The position numbers and the translations under genes are program-made. A stretch of 63,464 nucleotides of DNA, counting the filler, from Hyphochytrium catenoides (taxonomy: Eukaryota > Protista > Hyphochytriomycota), in NCBI GenBank assembly GCA_900088475.1. It is 4 parts of 4 records of this genome, joined end to end, with 100 filler letters (N's around TTAATTAATTAA, not from the genome) between each part and the next. Parts side by side here need not be neighbours in the genome. Positions count along the whole stretch, not along the records: positions 1 to 26,400 come from FLMG01000216.1; positions 26,501 to 51,280 come from FLMG01001848.1; 2 more parts are not named here. One strand, 5' to 3'. Below the pieces are notes generated by a model. The model was given only the letters and a program-made list of their open reading frames with translations. It was not told the origin of the DNA and ran no database searches. Below are positions 24,924 to 37,812 of this stretch, piece by piece. Numbering within the stretch: the first letter of the stretch is position 1; each line of letters begins with the position of its first letter.

Positions 24924-26374
24924 TACTTACAGGCCCGCGCTCCACGAGGGCACTATAGTCCACTGCGATCAGCTTATTACTCTTCCTGAGAGTACTGTCA
25001 CCTGGGGCAGACTGAAGTATCATGGAGGGTATCTTCCTCTCTCTCTCCTGGATGGGACGCAGGTGCTAGAGCTGCTGGCCGTAGGTACGACAAACAAGGA
25101 GGTTCTCTCTCCCTTCTTCTCTCGCCTCTTACTGCTCTCTCCGCCTACCTTCTTTCAAAACTACTAAGAAAGCGCTTTTTCTCTCTCCTCCTCTTCCGTT
25201 AGGCTTCTCTTCTCTCTTCTGTATATCCTCCCTCGTTGGATGCCTTTTGGCGCTTCCACTTTTTCTTCTTTATTTATTGCTAACAGGCTTTGCATTGCAG
25301 AGCCAGAGACAGAAGCTGGGACCTTTCACTATCTCGTGGAGATTCCCGTCGCCATTCGAGAGGGACCGAGTACACTCTCTCGAAGGACTGGAGAGGGCTT
25401 TCCTCTTCTCTCTATCGTTCAAGGCTCTCTTCTGTACCGAGAGCCTGGAAGCACGGTCACCTATGTGAAACTTAGCGATAATCGGGGCTGGGTCTTTGAG
25501 AGACTGGAGGATGGAAGACAGGTGCTCAAGCGGCTTCCTAGAGGTAGGAAGATGCGAAGAGATTGGCAGCACTGAATAAGGGACAAGGGCTACGAGAGAC
25601 AGAGACTGGCGTCCCTGCAAAAGCTAGAGTCTTTCTCTCTGCTCTCATGTTTATGAGGCTAAATGGAACACGGAAGAGCGTTGAAAGAAAGAGAGAGGGC
25701 GGAGGTTGTAGAGAGAGATTAAGACAGATTAGACGAGTCGAAGGGCGCCACACCATGCGGTCTCCTAGAAAGGCTACTTACCTCATTTCCATAAGCCTGA
25801 CCTCTCCCATCTTTTATCCTCTTGTTTGGCTCTTGCAGGCGTGGTGTGGGAGGAGAAGCGGCAGTTCTTCTACCTGTCAAAGGATTCTCTCGTCTACTCA
25901 AGACCAGAGTTCCCTTCAGACACCACAAATAAGCGAGTCAGAGGAACAGTAGCAGAATGCAGTGAGAGGTACCCGTCGTCCCTACTTCGCTCTCTCTCTG
26001 TCTCCACCCCACTCTTGCATACAATTCCAAGCTTTTCGCACTAACTTCCATCTCAGCCACTTCTGCTGTCAGCGGCTATTTCTTCTCTGTCTTTGCGTGG
26101 GAATGCTGTCGTGATTGAGTCGTGGCTGTCGCCTATCTAGCCTTATCACCATGAACCGCATTCCCAAGCTTCATTTCCTTTGCCGTCTTGCATAGCGTTG
26201 CCTAGTTGTACACACAGGTCTGCTCTTACAATCAATAATCAGCCCTCGTGCTCTTACATTATTCCTAGGCTAATAACAGCTGACGGAGCTTATGCATTCG
26301 TCAAGCTGCGGTACTCTGATGGCTGGCTTATGCAGCAGTCACAGAGAGAGGTTCTACTGGAGCTCATAGACGAA
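22983..26374 (+). CDS. Uncharacterised protein with four tandem ~75-80 aa SH3b-like beta repeats; 3' end probably lost in the gap
   Basis: Exons 22983-23226, 23673-23828, 24398-24512, 24933-25084, 25301-25543, 25839-25968, 26269-26374 (GTATGA donor, or read-through stop at 26386), all in phase. Repeat consensus F/Y-x-V...R-x-G-P...V...Y/F-x-K-L...G-W...G-x-Q-V-L. Confidence 0.75.
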
Positions 26375-26400
26375 GGTATGAATTGACTGACCCTAGATCC

Positions 26401-26500
26401 NNNNNNNNNNNNNNNNNNNNNNNNNNNNNNNNNNNNNNNNNNNNTTAATTAATTAANNNNNNNNNNNNNNNNNNNNNNNNNNNNNNNNNNNNNNNNNNNN
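26401..26500. other. Assembly gap with artificial six-frame-stop linker TTAATTAATTAA
   Basis: The linker sits at 26445-26456 inside a 100-bp N block. The same construct occurs at 51281-51380 and 56562-56661. Confidence 0.95.
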
Positions 26501-26849
26501 CATCTTCGTTTTCTCCGTACTGGGTAAACGCGGGAATATAGTTAGGGAAGGCGAAGTGTCCTGCCTGGGAGCACCGTTAGACTGGGAGTGGCGGGCCTAT
26601 TCGTCCTGGATTAGCTAGAACTGAAGGCTGCTTTTCAGTCTTGAGCCTGTCTCACACATCTGCCAGTCGGTTCTCATACTCTGATGGTGAAGTATTCACT
26701 AGAGGTTGGACGAACGACGAGGAGAAAGTATGTAGCACACAGAAGACTTGGGTTCCAGCAACTTTCTTTATGATGAACCCTTACCTCCTCTATTAGCCTA
26801 AACACTAGATAGCCTGCTATGTGGTCGCTTTTGCCGAGCCCAGGCGCCA

Positions 26850-29550
26850 CCTTCAATAGAAACCTTAGGGTGCCGTATTCTACATGCCAACTTATTTAGG
26901 TGCCGTGCTTTGGAGTCTGTAGGTCAGGGTAGGTATGATTCTTAGGTGTCATCCATACTAGACGCCAACATTAATAGGTTGCTTTCTCCCCTACACTAAG
27001 CAGAATAACCACGTGGGTGTCACGTACCCACCACCCTTTCATGGCCCTGCGGCAGCGAGGCCTAGGTGCCAGCCTAGGTGTCGGTTCGCCTTGGTCCTAA
27101 GCCAAACTAGATAGCAAGCTATGTACGAGCCTAGATGCATGCAGTCCAGGTACTCACGCTGGCGACAGCTTCCGTGCCAGCCTTAGGTCCGAACCTAGGT
27201 CTCAGTCTAGGTAGTACCAGTTCGTATACGAGCCTTTTAAGGTGCCAATATAAGTCAGGCTACCTGCTAGCATATGTATCTCCCTACGTAACCACCACCC
27301 CTCCTTGAACTAGTAGTGGGTGCCCGCGTACGTGCCAGCCTCCAAACGCCAAGTGCCATCATCAAACGCCACCACCTCACTGCGTGTCATGACAACCTTG
27401 CCTTTGCTACGATAGGTGACCGTTCTTTTGTCAGCCTAGGGTTCTTGTGAAGATGATGCCAGCGTACGTGCCAGCCTCCAACCGCCAGGTGCCATCATCT
27501 AACGCCACCGTATTGCGTGTCATGACAACTTTGCCTTGTTGCTAGGATAGGTGACCGCTTATTTGTGAGCTTAGGTTTCTTGTGAGGTGCCAGCAAACGT
27601 GCGAGCCTCCAAATAAACGCCAGATGCCATCATCGAACCCCACCTTATTGCGTGTCATGACAACTTTGCCTTGTTGCTAGGATAATAGGTGACCGCTTAT
27701 TTGTCAGCTTAGGTTTCTTGTGAAGGTGCAAGCGAACGTGCCGGCCTCCAAACGCCAGATGCCATCGTTGAACGCCACCGTATTGCGTGTCATGACAACT
27801 TTGCCTTGTTGCTAGGATAGTTGACCGCTTATTTGACAGCCTAGGTTTCAGCCCAGATATCAGCGCAGATGCCAATCAAAGGGGTCAGCCAACGTACCAG
27901 CGTTATCGCCAGCTTTGATGACAGCCAAATTGAATTGGCAGTCTAGAATGCCAGCGTTGGTGCTCGCCCTGGTGCCAGTCTTGATGCAAACTCTAAGTAC
28001 CGTTCTTAGTGTCAGCCAGGCACTTGTCTTGATGCAACCCTTAGCTGCCTACAATACCTTGTGCGCTTTAATACTCATCTGTGGTCTCCCTTTAGAGTAA
28101 TCTAAATCTTGAATGCCCACCTACTTTTCAGGTTAGGCGACAGCTCTAAAATCCGCCTGCTGGGTCCCACCTTGAGGTGTTAAAATTGGTGCTAGCCTGG
28201 GCCCCCACCTAGCTGGCAAGATATGCATTGGGCTACGTACGTGCCCAGGTTTTAGCTTGAGTGATGGCCTCCTTAGGACTAGCCCAGAGGCAGCAGTACA
28301 TAGGTCAGTATATTCTGGCAGCTTTGGCGGTGAAGCCAAAGGCCTAAGTCTATCCTAACGTATGGATCTAGATGCAGCCTTCGCTGCCAGCCTACAAGCG
28401 CGCATTGATGTTGTCATTGACTCCTGCTTTGGTGCCAACCTAATATGCCAGGTTAACTGCCAAAAGTTGTGCCACCTTATAACTTAACAGGCTCCTGGGG
28501 ACCACCTATGCTTGCTGGTACCCTCAGCCCAGCCTAGTTGCCAGGCCAATACCAGTCTAGGTGCCAATCTATTAGGTACCAGCCAGCAAAAGCTCCCCCC
28601 ATGACACGAGCCTCTTAACTTATAGCCTGCCTTGGTTCCAGCATTGGCCAAAGCCTAGATTCCCATTTAGGGTATCAGCCCTACCACCCAGCCTGGAAGA
28701 TCCAGCCTCGGTTGTTAGAGTCGGAGGTTCGTCGTAATCACAAGACAATAAAGGAAAATCGTCACCCGCCGAATGCTAAGGAACTATTCTGGGTGCGTAT
28801 GAGGATGGAGCTTCCTAAGAAGCTCACTAGGCTTGGTTTAGCACAAGATCCTTAGCGCATTAAAGTCCTGCAGCATGACCACCTTGGTACCAGTGTTACC
28901 CCGTGCCAACCTACCTGCCACACCTATTATGACCAGCTTTATTCAGTTGTTAGTGGCGTATGTGCCATCGAGGCATTACATGTTAGCGCTGGTGCTGATC
29001 TAGGTGTGTGCAAAGTGCCAGGCGGGCTTAGAGCCCGCCTTAGGTATCGGTTTAGGTACCGCCTTGATGTAGTCGTTGATGCAGGCTTCGAAGCCCACCT
29101 CTTGATTCTAGCCTACTTGTCATCCTAGGTCTAGTCGGCGTAGATCCCAGCAAAGTGTGCTACCAGATTAATGGCTATTCTGGCTGCTCTGCCTACTAGA
29201 TGTCAGCCTAGATCAGTAGCAGCCCATTTATTGCGGTAGCTAGGTCCAAGGCTTAGGACTAGCCTAGTGGTAGCTACCACCACTGCCGTTTGACCATAAG
29301 ATTTAAGCAGCGCCAGCCTGGCTGTCACATAGCTTGCAGCTTCAACCTATCTAGCTGCCGGCGTATCTGCCAAAACGAGTCCATCTTTAGGCCAGTCTAC
29401 TACTTCTTACGTACCCACATTGATGATTGACACACACTAACCTTGGCCCGGGACCAGCCTAGAGGTCCGCTGAGGTGTCGGCACTAATTGCCGCATACAG
29501 ACGCCAGCTAAGATTGCTAACCCTAACACTGACCGGCCTGTAGCAGGCTA
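26850..29550. repeat. Highly degenerate ~12-bp minisatellite field (consensus about GGTGCCAGCCTW)
   Basis: Periodic units such as CTAGGTGCCAGC CTAGGTGTCGGT (27062) and ATGCCAGCGTTG GTGCTCGCCCTG GTGCCAGTCTTG ATGCAAAC (27948). TGCCAG/GGTGCC recur throughout. Confidence 0.6.
27320..27850 (+). repeat. Tandem repeat, four copies of a ~135-bp unit
   Basis: The anchor GTGTCATGACAAC occurs at 27384, 27517, 27652 and 27787 (spacings 133, 135, 135). The sequences between anchors are also homologous. Confidence 0.92.
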
Positions 29551-30349
29551 GAGGTTATTTAGTCACTGCGTGCAGGACAAAAATGCGATTCAGATGTTAT
29601 AGTGATTCTTTTCAGCTGTTGTACCTTTCTGTTGCTTGCCTGGTTGACTGATGATGATGGTCCTTTACTGCCCTTTCTTCACCTCCATTTTCTCGTATTG
29701 TGATTCCATCTTCTTCTTCCAGCAGTTCGTTTTATGCCTACCTCTTCTTTTTTGTCCTTTTATCTTGAAGAAGTAGAAGAAGAAGAAGAAGGAGGACCAG
29801 GGGGAGAAGAAGGAGAAGAAGAGGAAGAAGCAACTGAAGACGAGGCGAGATACTTTTTTGAGAAGATCTACATAAGCGGCAATAATTACAAATGCCGTCC
29901 GCCACATACAGGGTGATTTTCGAAACAGATGACTTAGATAACAGTCTATGAAGAGGGAGACAGACATACACTCAACCGAGATGATAGGCAGACGCTAGGT
30001 ACGTAGCTGGAACACCAAAAATTGTGGTCCAGAGTAGCTGCACGAAGAGGCAAGAGGAAGAACCTTAGACAAGACCATCACAAGAAGTAGCTCATTAAGA
30101 AAGAGAAATGACATATTTGGGGGCAGCGAGAGAAAGAATACTGCGAGAGAAAGAAGATCGGCTAGCTATGGAAGGCTCCCAAGAAAGAAAGCAAAGGATA
30201 TCAAAGAAATGGGAGTGAAAGAGGGAAAACAGTGAAAGTAAATAAGGTACCATCATCGCAACACGTAGGAAGTGAGTGCTAGGAGGAAATAAAACCGGGA
30301 GGAAAGAAAAGCATGCGTGGAAAGCAGATGCTAAAAACTAGTTGGGATA

Positions 30350-31530
30350 ATGCTTTTTTTTTTCACTTATTAATGCTGATGCCTTAAGCTGGGGGAGAAA
30401 GACCCCAATCCGAAGAGATTTAATGAGTACGGCCAGGTATGACCGTAAAAAGCTTAAAACTAGAAGAGGAAGAAGAACTCAGGATAAGTCAGGCCGGGAA
30501 AACGAAGATTTGTTCACAAAAATAACTAGAACAAAAGGGAGGTAACCAAGAGGGCAAAAAAAAGATGAATACAGCAGCGGGCTCCCAGCCGGTATAATGG
30601 AAAGAATAGAGTAAGAGCTAGCGAGACAACAACCCTAAGTGAGAGATCCATGGAAGAGGTATAGAAATGGGAATACACCCAGAAGAGCAAGAAGAAGTAA
30701 GACAAATGGGTGTACGGCTTTCTCAGAGTAGGGTCAGAGTGTTACAGATTACGCGTTAGCCCCCGAAGCGATAGTCCGATCAAGAGATAGACCAACTATA
30801 AGACCGACTGTAATAAACAATGTGAGTCCATTGAAGGAGGCGAACTACAGAGGGACAGAGACACCTTGAGAGAGAGAGAGAAAGAGACAACTTCAGAGAG
30901 AGAAAGAGACATCTTGGAAAAGAGAGACATCTCATGAGAGCTGGTGAGGCGAAAAGGCGATGTTCGAGATAACACCCAGGAAACAGTAAAAGAGACAATG
31001 AAGAGTAGAGGACTGTAAGGCCCAGAAAGGAGGAGACAGCAGCAACATAAGGGAGACAGCAGGAAGGAATGGACGTCAGGAAGAGGGAAGAGACATGGTG
31101 AAAGTGATGGCAGCTTATTCAACCCAAATGTAGGGAAGACGTCACATCGAGGGTGAAGAAAGAAACAGAAGAACTTTGTTTCTTCTCTCTTTCATACTTA
31201 TTTATGTACCTTTCAATCTCTGCGATCCTGCCGGAATCCGTCGCCGTCTGTCGGTCTTGACCACGACTTATATGTTTCGATTTTGACCATTGTGGTGGAG
31301 CCCATTGTTTGTTCTTTAAAAGGAACAGCAGCGCTCCTCTATTTTGGGTCTCGAAATCTGCGCTCCTTTTCTCTATCTTCACTCTACCTGAATCAGAAGT
31401 TCAAGGTGAACAGTCCGCTTGTGGCATGATCTCCGGTTCTTGGCACTATGATGTCACCCTACCAAAGAACGGGACAGAGGTATTTTTCAGCGTAAGATGT
31501 GTTCAACGCTATTTTGAGAGTGATATTGGG
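30350..31530. repeat. Diverged copy 1 of an unclassified dispersed repeat
   Basis: Shares blocks with 35406-37812 and 42376-44590 in the same orientation, e.g. TAATGAGTACGGCCAG, GACATCTTG...GAGAGCTG(G/A)TGAGGCGAAA, GCTATTTTGA(G/A)AGTG(A/G)TATTG. Boundaries approximate. Confidence 0.75.
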
Positions 31531-31909
31531 AGGAACGCAGCGAGAGGGAAAGGAGAGGGGTAGGGGCATGGCTGAGGAGGAAAAGATTTGGAGAGTTGAG
31601 TGAGAACGGGAGCGAGAGTGCAAGGAAGAGGAAAGGAAGGAGAGAGACAGCGAGAAGGGGAACGTGAGAGAGACTATGAATGAATGAAAGGAAGAGAGAA
31701 AGAGATGAGTATTGAAGAGAACCGAATGATGGAGGGAGTGGAGAGAAAGCAAACGCTTCTGATCAGAATGAACAGGAAGAGGAGATAAAGAATAGAGAAA
31801 CTAACAGAGAGAGGAGATACAGGATAGAGAAGGTAACAGGGAGAGGAGAGAAAGAAGAGAGAAAGTAACAGGAAGAGGAGAAGAGGGAGAGAGGAGAGAC
31901 AAGCAGGCA

Positions 31910-34020
31910 GCATTTATCAGTTCTATCGCGCTTAATTTACCGTGTCCTGGCTTAACGATATGACCTATCAGTCCTCGCCTGCCCTGCTTAGGGTTAGTCT
32001 CCTTGGACCGTGCGGGAGGGTGCAGCATTCTCCACCGTGAGAGGTTATCAGGTAAATTATTCCCTGATGGAAGGGCCTCCTCTCGTTCGTTGTAGCTGCC
32101 AGAGCTGTAAGGGCCCCAATTGATGCACGACTTCAGGACGGCTAGCCAAATTAGGGTCCTCACAACTATGCCCTTTTTCCTATTTCTTCAAATGTAGGTG
32201 TCTCTCTCATCCTCACCATATCTCTCAGGCTTCCCCTTGCTTATTGCCGTATCTCTCACGGCTCATCGTGCGTTGAGAGAGACAGAGGGAGGCTGCCAAA
32301 AAATCCAATGATAGACACCATAAGAGTGAGTGAGTAGGGGGCTAGCTATGGAATATACAGCCGGTATGGAGAAATCACATGTAGGTGAGAAGGAGACTGA
32401 ACATTGAAAAATAAGACTGGAAGATACGGTTGTCACTTCAAATTCAGAGAGCATGTGCTAAACCTGCTTACCCTCGGGAAAAAGAAGCAACGATTAAGGG
32501 AAAAGGGGTGGATAAGTCTCAGAGACAGAAAGGCAAGTGCTAGAGGGGGGGGGGGGGCAATTGGATAGAAGGTGTGAGAAGACACGTGAGCTTAAGAACC
32601 TGCGTGTTAAAGTGATTTCCGATTGGTAAACAGACAACGATCTGGAGTTTTCTCATGCTAATTCAGATATGGTTGAACCTCACAGAGCATCTTCGGGAGT
32701 GCAGACAGGCAGAAGCTGGGAGTTGTCAGAAAGTAAGGAAGGAGAGGTGAAGTCAGCTATCGCACCAAAGAGTGATGGTCGGGAATAGAGCGATGTTCTG
32801 GCGTAGGGAACAGTGGAGGGACAGTATGGATAATCAGTAGATAATGCATTGCACGTGAAGATGTAGGGATTGCCGGTAAGAGTAGCAGGAGACGAAGAGA
32901 TGGAGAGAGAGCAAGAGAGAGCAACAGAGAGAGAGCAACAGAGAGCAAGAGAGCGAGAGAGAGAGAGAAGGAGAGCAAGAGGAAGAGAGAAAAAAGAGAA
33001 GCGAGGGGAGAGATATAGAGAGAAGGAAAGAGTCTTACGCTACACTAGAGAAGTCAGGAGATAGGAACACAGGCAGGCAGTGACTTTCTGTCAGGGTTCA
33101 GCTATATCTTGATACTCTAAACAAGCTCACTCATGCAAGGAGACCGCTCGCTAGACTTACCGGATACATATGAAGCTGCATGGAGGCTCTTATGACTGCC
33201 GCCAGCTCCATTTTTTCTTTTAGCAGATTCGAAAGCGGTATCTATCGGCAGAAATCCGGAGCGGGAAGCTTATAGGGCTTCAGATATTAGTCTACAGAGC
33301 TGATCAGCCGTACTGAATCGGTTAATGCCGGGACTATCTCAGGAGAGACAGCATCATTTGTCTAGTATAAAGGCCGCGCACCACTGCCTGCCGAGCATGG
33401 CAATAGCGGATAAGAGGCAGGACTGCCCAAACGGGCGGTTTCCAAGTAACCTCACTGGAGGCCTCACTACCCATACAGCCATAAAGGTGATTTTGATGTG
33501 CGACAACAAGGGCATGATGGAACGGGGAGCATCATGGAGCTGAGTCGTACGACCAACAGCTGAAAAGCAGCCCACAAGCAAGAGATGAGGAAGTTAGCCT
33601 ATGTATGCCTAGCTAATAATGCAGCAAGACTCTAGGGAGTTAGTCACGGATGGTGAGCCCAAAGAAGGGAGGAGAATAGGGAGGTGACAATTCAGAAGAA
33701 GAGCATGGAGTCGGTAACGTGAGCAGCTGGAAGATATAAAGAGATCACCTAAGCAGGAGTGAACCATCCCGAACAGTGAAGGACCGATACGCAAGAGATA
33801 GGAATCCATATAACGAGGCCTAAGCTTCTATCAATGAGGTCATTACATCTGGGACCTCGCCTGCTCTAAGAGAACATTCTAAAGAATCAAGAAGCAGAGT
33901 CAACACAGAGAGGAGTTTCATCAGCATAACATACAGGTGATTGGATTGAATGCGGTAAAGTGGAATGCCATCCGAAAGAAGAGGACGGAGAAAGCCATCA
34001 GCTGAAGGCAGTACCGAGCG
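31910..34020 (-). mobile_element. Decayed DIRS/Ngaro-like tyrosine-recombinase retrotransposon (RT tail, RNase H, YR)
   Basis: Minus-strand fragments in the expected order across frameshifts and stops: VLPSADGFLRPLL (~34010), *ASLYGF (~33815), CSGWFTPA*...SMLFF...LLWAH (~33780-33660), GRTTQLHDAPRSIMPLLSHIKITFMAVWV (33553-33470). YR-like fragments follow: LMVSIIGFFGSLPLS (~32325-32280) and RSKETNPKQG...LSAIELI (~32010-31915). Confidence 0.55.
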
Positions 34021-35405
34021 GAGGTCACAGAAGAGCTAAAAGAGACGAGTTACAGGGCGATAAGCTATGAAGTGAGCGACAGCGAGGTAAACAAAAGACA
34101 GATGGAAGAGAAAGAGACAATAATGCAGCGACAGCACCCAGCAACAGAAGGATGTTTCTTCTTTGGCCTTCATCTTCTCTTTCTCGGTTTTCTCTGCCTG
34201 TTCCCAATCTTCACTCTTTCTATGATGTCCTAACCCTGAGCCTCCAGTGTGGCTCACCCTGTCTAAACCCCTCAAAATTGCCTCGCCCTGCTCCCTCTGT
34301 CTCCACCATCATTTAGCTCTAAGTTGTGTTTGGTGTGTTTGGCAATGCAGTCCAGTCTCTTTGAACTTGGTCAGTGAATGTTGCATACGTCAAATATCTC
34401 GAGGAACATAAATCGACGGTAGTTATTTGACATGACTTCAAGATAATTAACAATATTCTTTTCGTAAAAAACTCCATTGTAGGGAAAACTGCCAGACTGC
34501 CAGCACATCGAGAAGGCTTGATTGAGAATTTGGCAATCCATTGTTGGCTTATTCTTTACTGACTCTTCTGAACCCTCTGCATGTGGCCGAACGTTTTTAC
34601 TGGGTCTTCTCATCGTCGCTGCTGTCGTGGCAGCTGCTGCCCGACTCTTTCTGGCAGCAGCTGCCACCGACTCCTGCTTCTCGTCGACTCCTGTTTTCTT
34701 CTCTTGAGACTCTTCAAGAGCTGTTGAACCTCCTCCTCTATCCAAAAAGATCGCACAGGATGATAATGGAGTCAACAAGACGTTGCTACTACTACCACCA
34801 TTCTTCTTGATAATACTACTAAATGAGAGCTCGAGGAAACCCAACTGATACCACCACCAATCCTCCTACTACTAGTAGGTGATCGATGACCTCTTCTTCT
34901 TCTCATCTTCTTGCGCCACCTGTGTTAATAGAAGTATGCTCCAAAAAAAGAAGGTTTCAGAATGTGAATTATTATCATCAGGCTATGGCTGCTGCTGCCA
35001 CGATGATGAATGGTTGCTTGTCATAATACTATTCTTCACTTATTGTTCGTCTCATCATTGCTAAAACCTCCTAGCTAGACGTTCAAAAAGTGCTGAAGAC
35101 TGCATGCCTGCTGCCCCCAACTCACCCCTTTCCCTTATCAGGTAGAGCAAGACACAAAGCTGATTCGTTAACATATAGTCATTCATCCGTCCGAGCCAGC
35201 GCCAAAGCTCTCCTACTTCCCTGTTGTACCCGGCTGACCACATAGGTGGTTGTCCCTTTGGGCTAAGTACAGACGACAATGAGGAGGAGCTGTCTTCTTC
35301 TTCAAGGTAACGTAATGGCGGATGCAAATAGGCGGTACCCTTCAACCTGGCGATATGTAGGACCCAAGACACGAAGAATCCCCAAGGACAAGGGCCTCCA
35401 AGGTA

Positions 35406-37472
35406 TGTCGTCCGTCGGGTCGGAAGGAGTATGTAGTTTATCGCTTATTTCTTCATCAGGTAGTGACTTAGGGCAAATTTATTACTTATCCGCCTGGGTC
35501 AAGAGCGTCCTTCCGCATGATCCAGCGAGGCGGCAAGGGAAGTGATGAAATGGCAGAGCTCGTTAGACCGCTTCTTTACTGTAGCGGAACTAGCCGAATG
35601 ACGCTAGTGATTATTATGAGTCGAGCAGAGCTCCATAAACTACTGGTCCTTGAGTACTATAAAGCCTAAGTACGTAAAGCTATGAAGTTGATATGGGAGA
35701 AATCAGAGAGTCTCTCTCTTTGAAAGTGTAACAGAGAACAGCTCAGAGAGTGTAAGAAAACGTCGAATAGTCACCAGAAGGAATCCATCGTCTCAGACAA
35801 GAGGATTGGCAATAAGTTCGTGGTCAGAAGGAAGGGAAGAAGAAGTAAGTCGGAAAGAGAAAAAGTTCATGGAAATAAGAGCAAATCTCTAGAGGAAACA
35901 CCGCCTGAAGAAAGTAGGGCAAGGAATCAACGAGAAGAGTATGCCATGCCATAGAAACCTCCCAAAAAAGGGCTCTCAATAGAAAGCTCCCAGGCTAGCA
36001 ATATTGTCAAGCGCCAGTTTAATCCCCAGCTAGAGGCTTAGCTTTGTGCTTTTGTCACGATATGCGTGTGAGCAGAAGGAAAATTATTGATGCCTAAAGC
36101 GACGGGGAAAGGAGGGACAACAGCTGAAGAGATGATAATGAGCACGGCCAGCCAGGACCGCAAAAAAGTTATAACCAAGAAGAAGAAGGGGAATTGAGTC
36201 CAGGTCTGGGAAAGCTACGAAAAACGAGAACAATGGTGAGCCATTATCTACGACAACAAGTGCGGGTAGCGAAGACGGCGAAATGAAGGATATGGGAGCG
36301 GGCTCCCAGAAGCCGGAATATAAGGAGAACGGTGGAGTAGGAGCGAGCGAGACTTAAATTAATTTGAGAGGACTCTCCAATAGGTGTAGAAAGGAAAACT
36401 CGGAAAAGCCCAAGGGTTAGAACAAGAAGTACTAAGACAAATAGGACATGGAAGAATGTCCCAGATACAGTGATGAAAGATGCAAGAGCTTATAGGCTAC
36501 GCATTAGCCGCCGAAGCGATAGAGAGACCAAGCGAGGTTTGACTTAGCGCTAACTACGAGAGACCCCCAGAAATAGGCCAAGAATGAGAGGGAGTAAATG
36601 AAAGAATTAGTGGAGTGCATGAAGGAGGAGGCAAAGAAGAAAGACACAGAGACAGAGACAGAGATACCGTGAGAGAGAAAGGGACATCTTGAGAAAGAGA
36701 AACCATTGGTGAGAGCTGATGAGGCGAAAGTGCGAGGTCCGATATAGCTCTCATGAGAGGGGAGAAAGAGAGAAAGAAGATCGCAAGAGTGTAAGCCAGA
36801 AAGAGACAGCAGCAAATAAGTGAGACAAAAGGAAGGAATGGGAGGCAAGGAGAGAGGAAAAGGGCAAAGACGACAAAGAGAGGCGGAGACAGGGTGAAAT
36901 GATGGGAGGTTAGTCCAGCGAGATAAGAGAGGACGCTACATCAAGGCTGAAGAAAGACTGCAGAAGAAATCTCTCTCTTCTCTCTCTTACCTATGCATGT
37001 ACATGTACATCTCCATCTTGTGCCTCTCTTTCTGCTTCTGCCGTACCTCGTTGCTGTCTGTCCCGTTTTGACTAGACCTCAAGTTTCCGGTCTTCATCTC
37101 TGTTAAACTCTTTTTCTCAATGAACAGCGCTTCCTTTTCAATGTTGGGTCATGAGAGTTGGACCCTCATTTTCTCTACCTTTACTCCACCTAAAAACAAT
37201 CTCCCTGAGCGGGCAGTCGGGTTGTGACATGACCTCTCGTTCTTGGCTCTATGTCATTCTACCAGACACAGAGCTAAGTTAGGCATAATATGCAATTGAT
37301 GCTATTTTGAAAGTGGTATTGACGAGAATAGGGGAAGGGGCATGTCTGACGAGGAATGGAATCGGAGAGTTTTGAGCGGAACAACAAGAGCGAGCCTGCA
37401 AGAAGAGGAAAACGGGAGGAGAGCGCCAGCGAGAAACAAAGAGGGAGAAGAGAAAAGTGAGAGAGGGTGTGT

Positions 37473-37528
<56 letters not shown>

Positions 37529-37812
37529 GACGAGCAGAAAGAGAGACGATGGAGAGAGAAATGAAAAGACAAATTTGAAAGATACATCTACTAATGGAGA
37601 ACGTAACAACAGGGAGAGGAGAGAGCGGAAGAAAGAGAACCAAGAAAAGACCTGCTACAGGAGAAAGAGTACAAAGAAGGGCAGATGTGGTGTGATGAGA
37701 AAGAAACGAAGAAGAGAGACGTACGGCTCCATGGATCTCTAATGTCTTGCTGCTGTCAACTGCAGTGGCCCTAGTCCTGATCTTCTGGGCTGATCTTTGG
37801 TCCCAGGCCTTG
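35406..37812. repeat. Copy 2 of the unclassified ~2.3-kb repeat
   Basis: Colinear with 42376-44590 from GTCGTCCG(T/G)CGGGTC(G/C)GAAGGAGTATGTAGTTTAT to TGATCTTTGGTCCCAGGCCTTG. Confidence 0.9.

Noticed and set aside
26445-26456. TTAATTAATTAA as a piggyBac/Sola target site or regulatory motif
   Set aside because: It is flanked by Ns and repeated identically in three gaps, so it is an assembly linker.
27320-27850. CRISPR-like periodicity with a palindromic repeat
   Set aside because: The intervening sequences are homologous rather than unique spacers, there are no cas genes and the context is eukaryotic.
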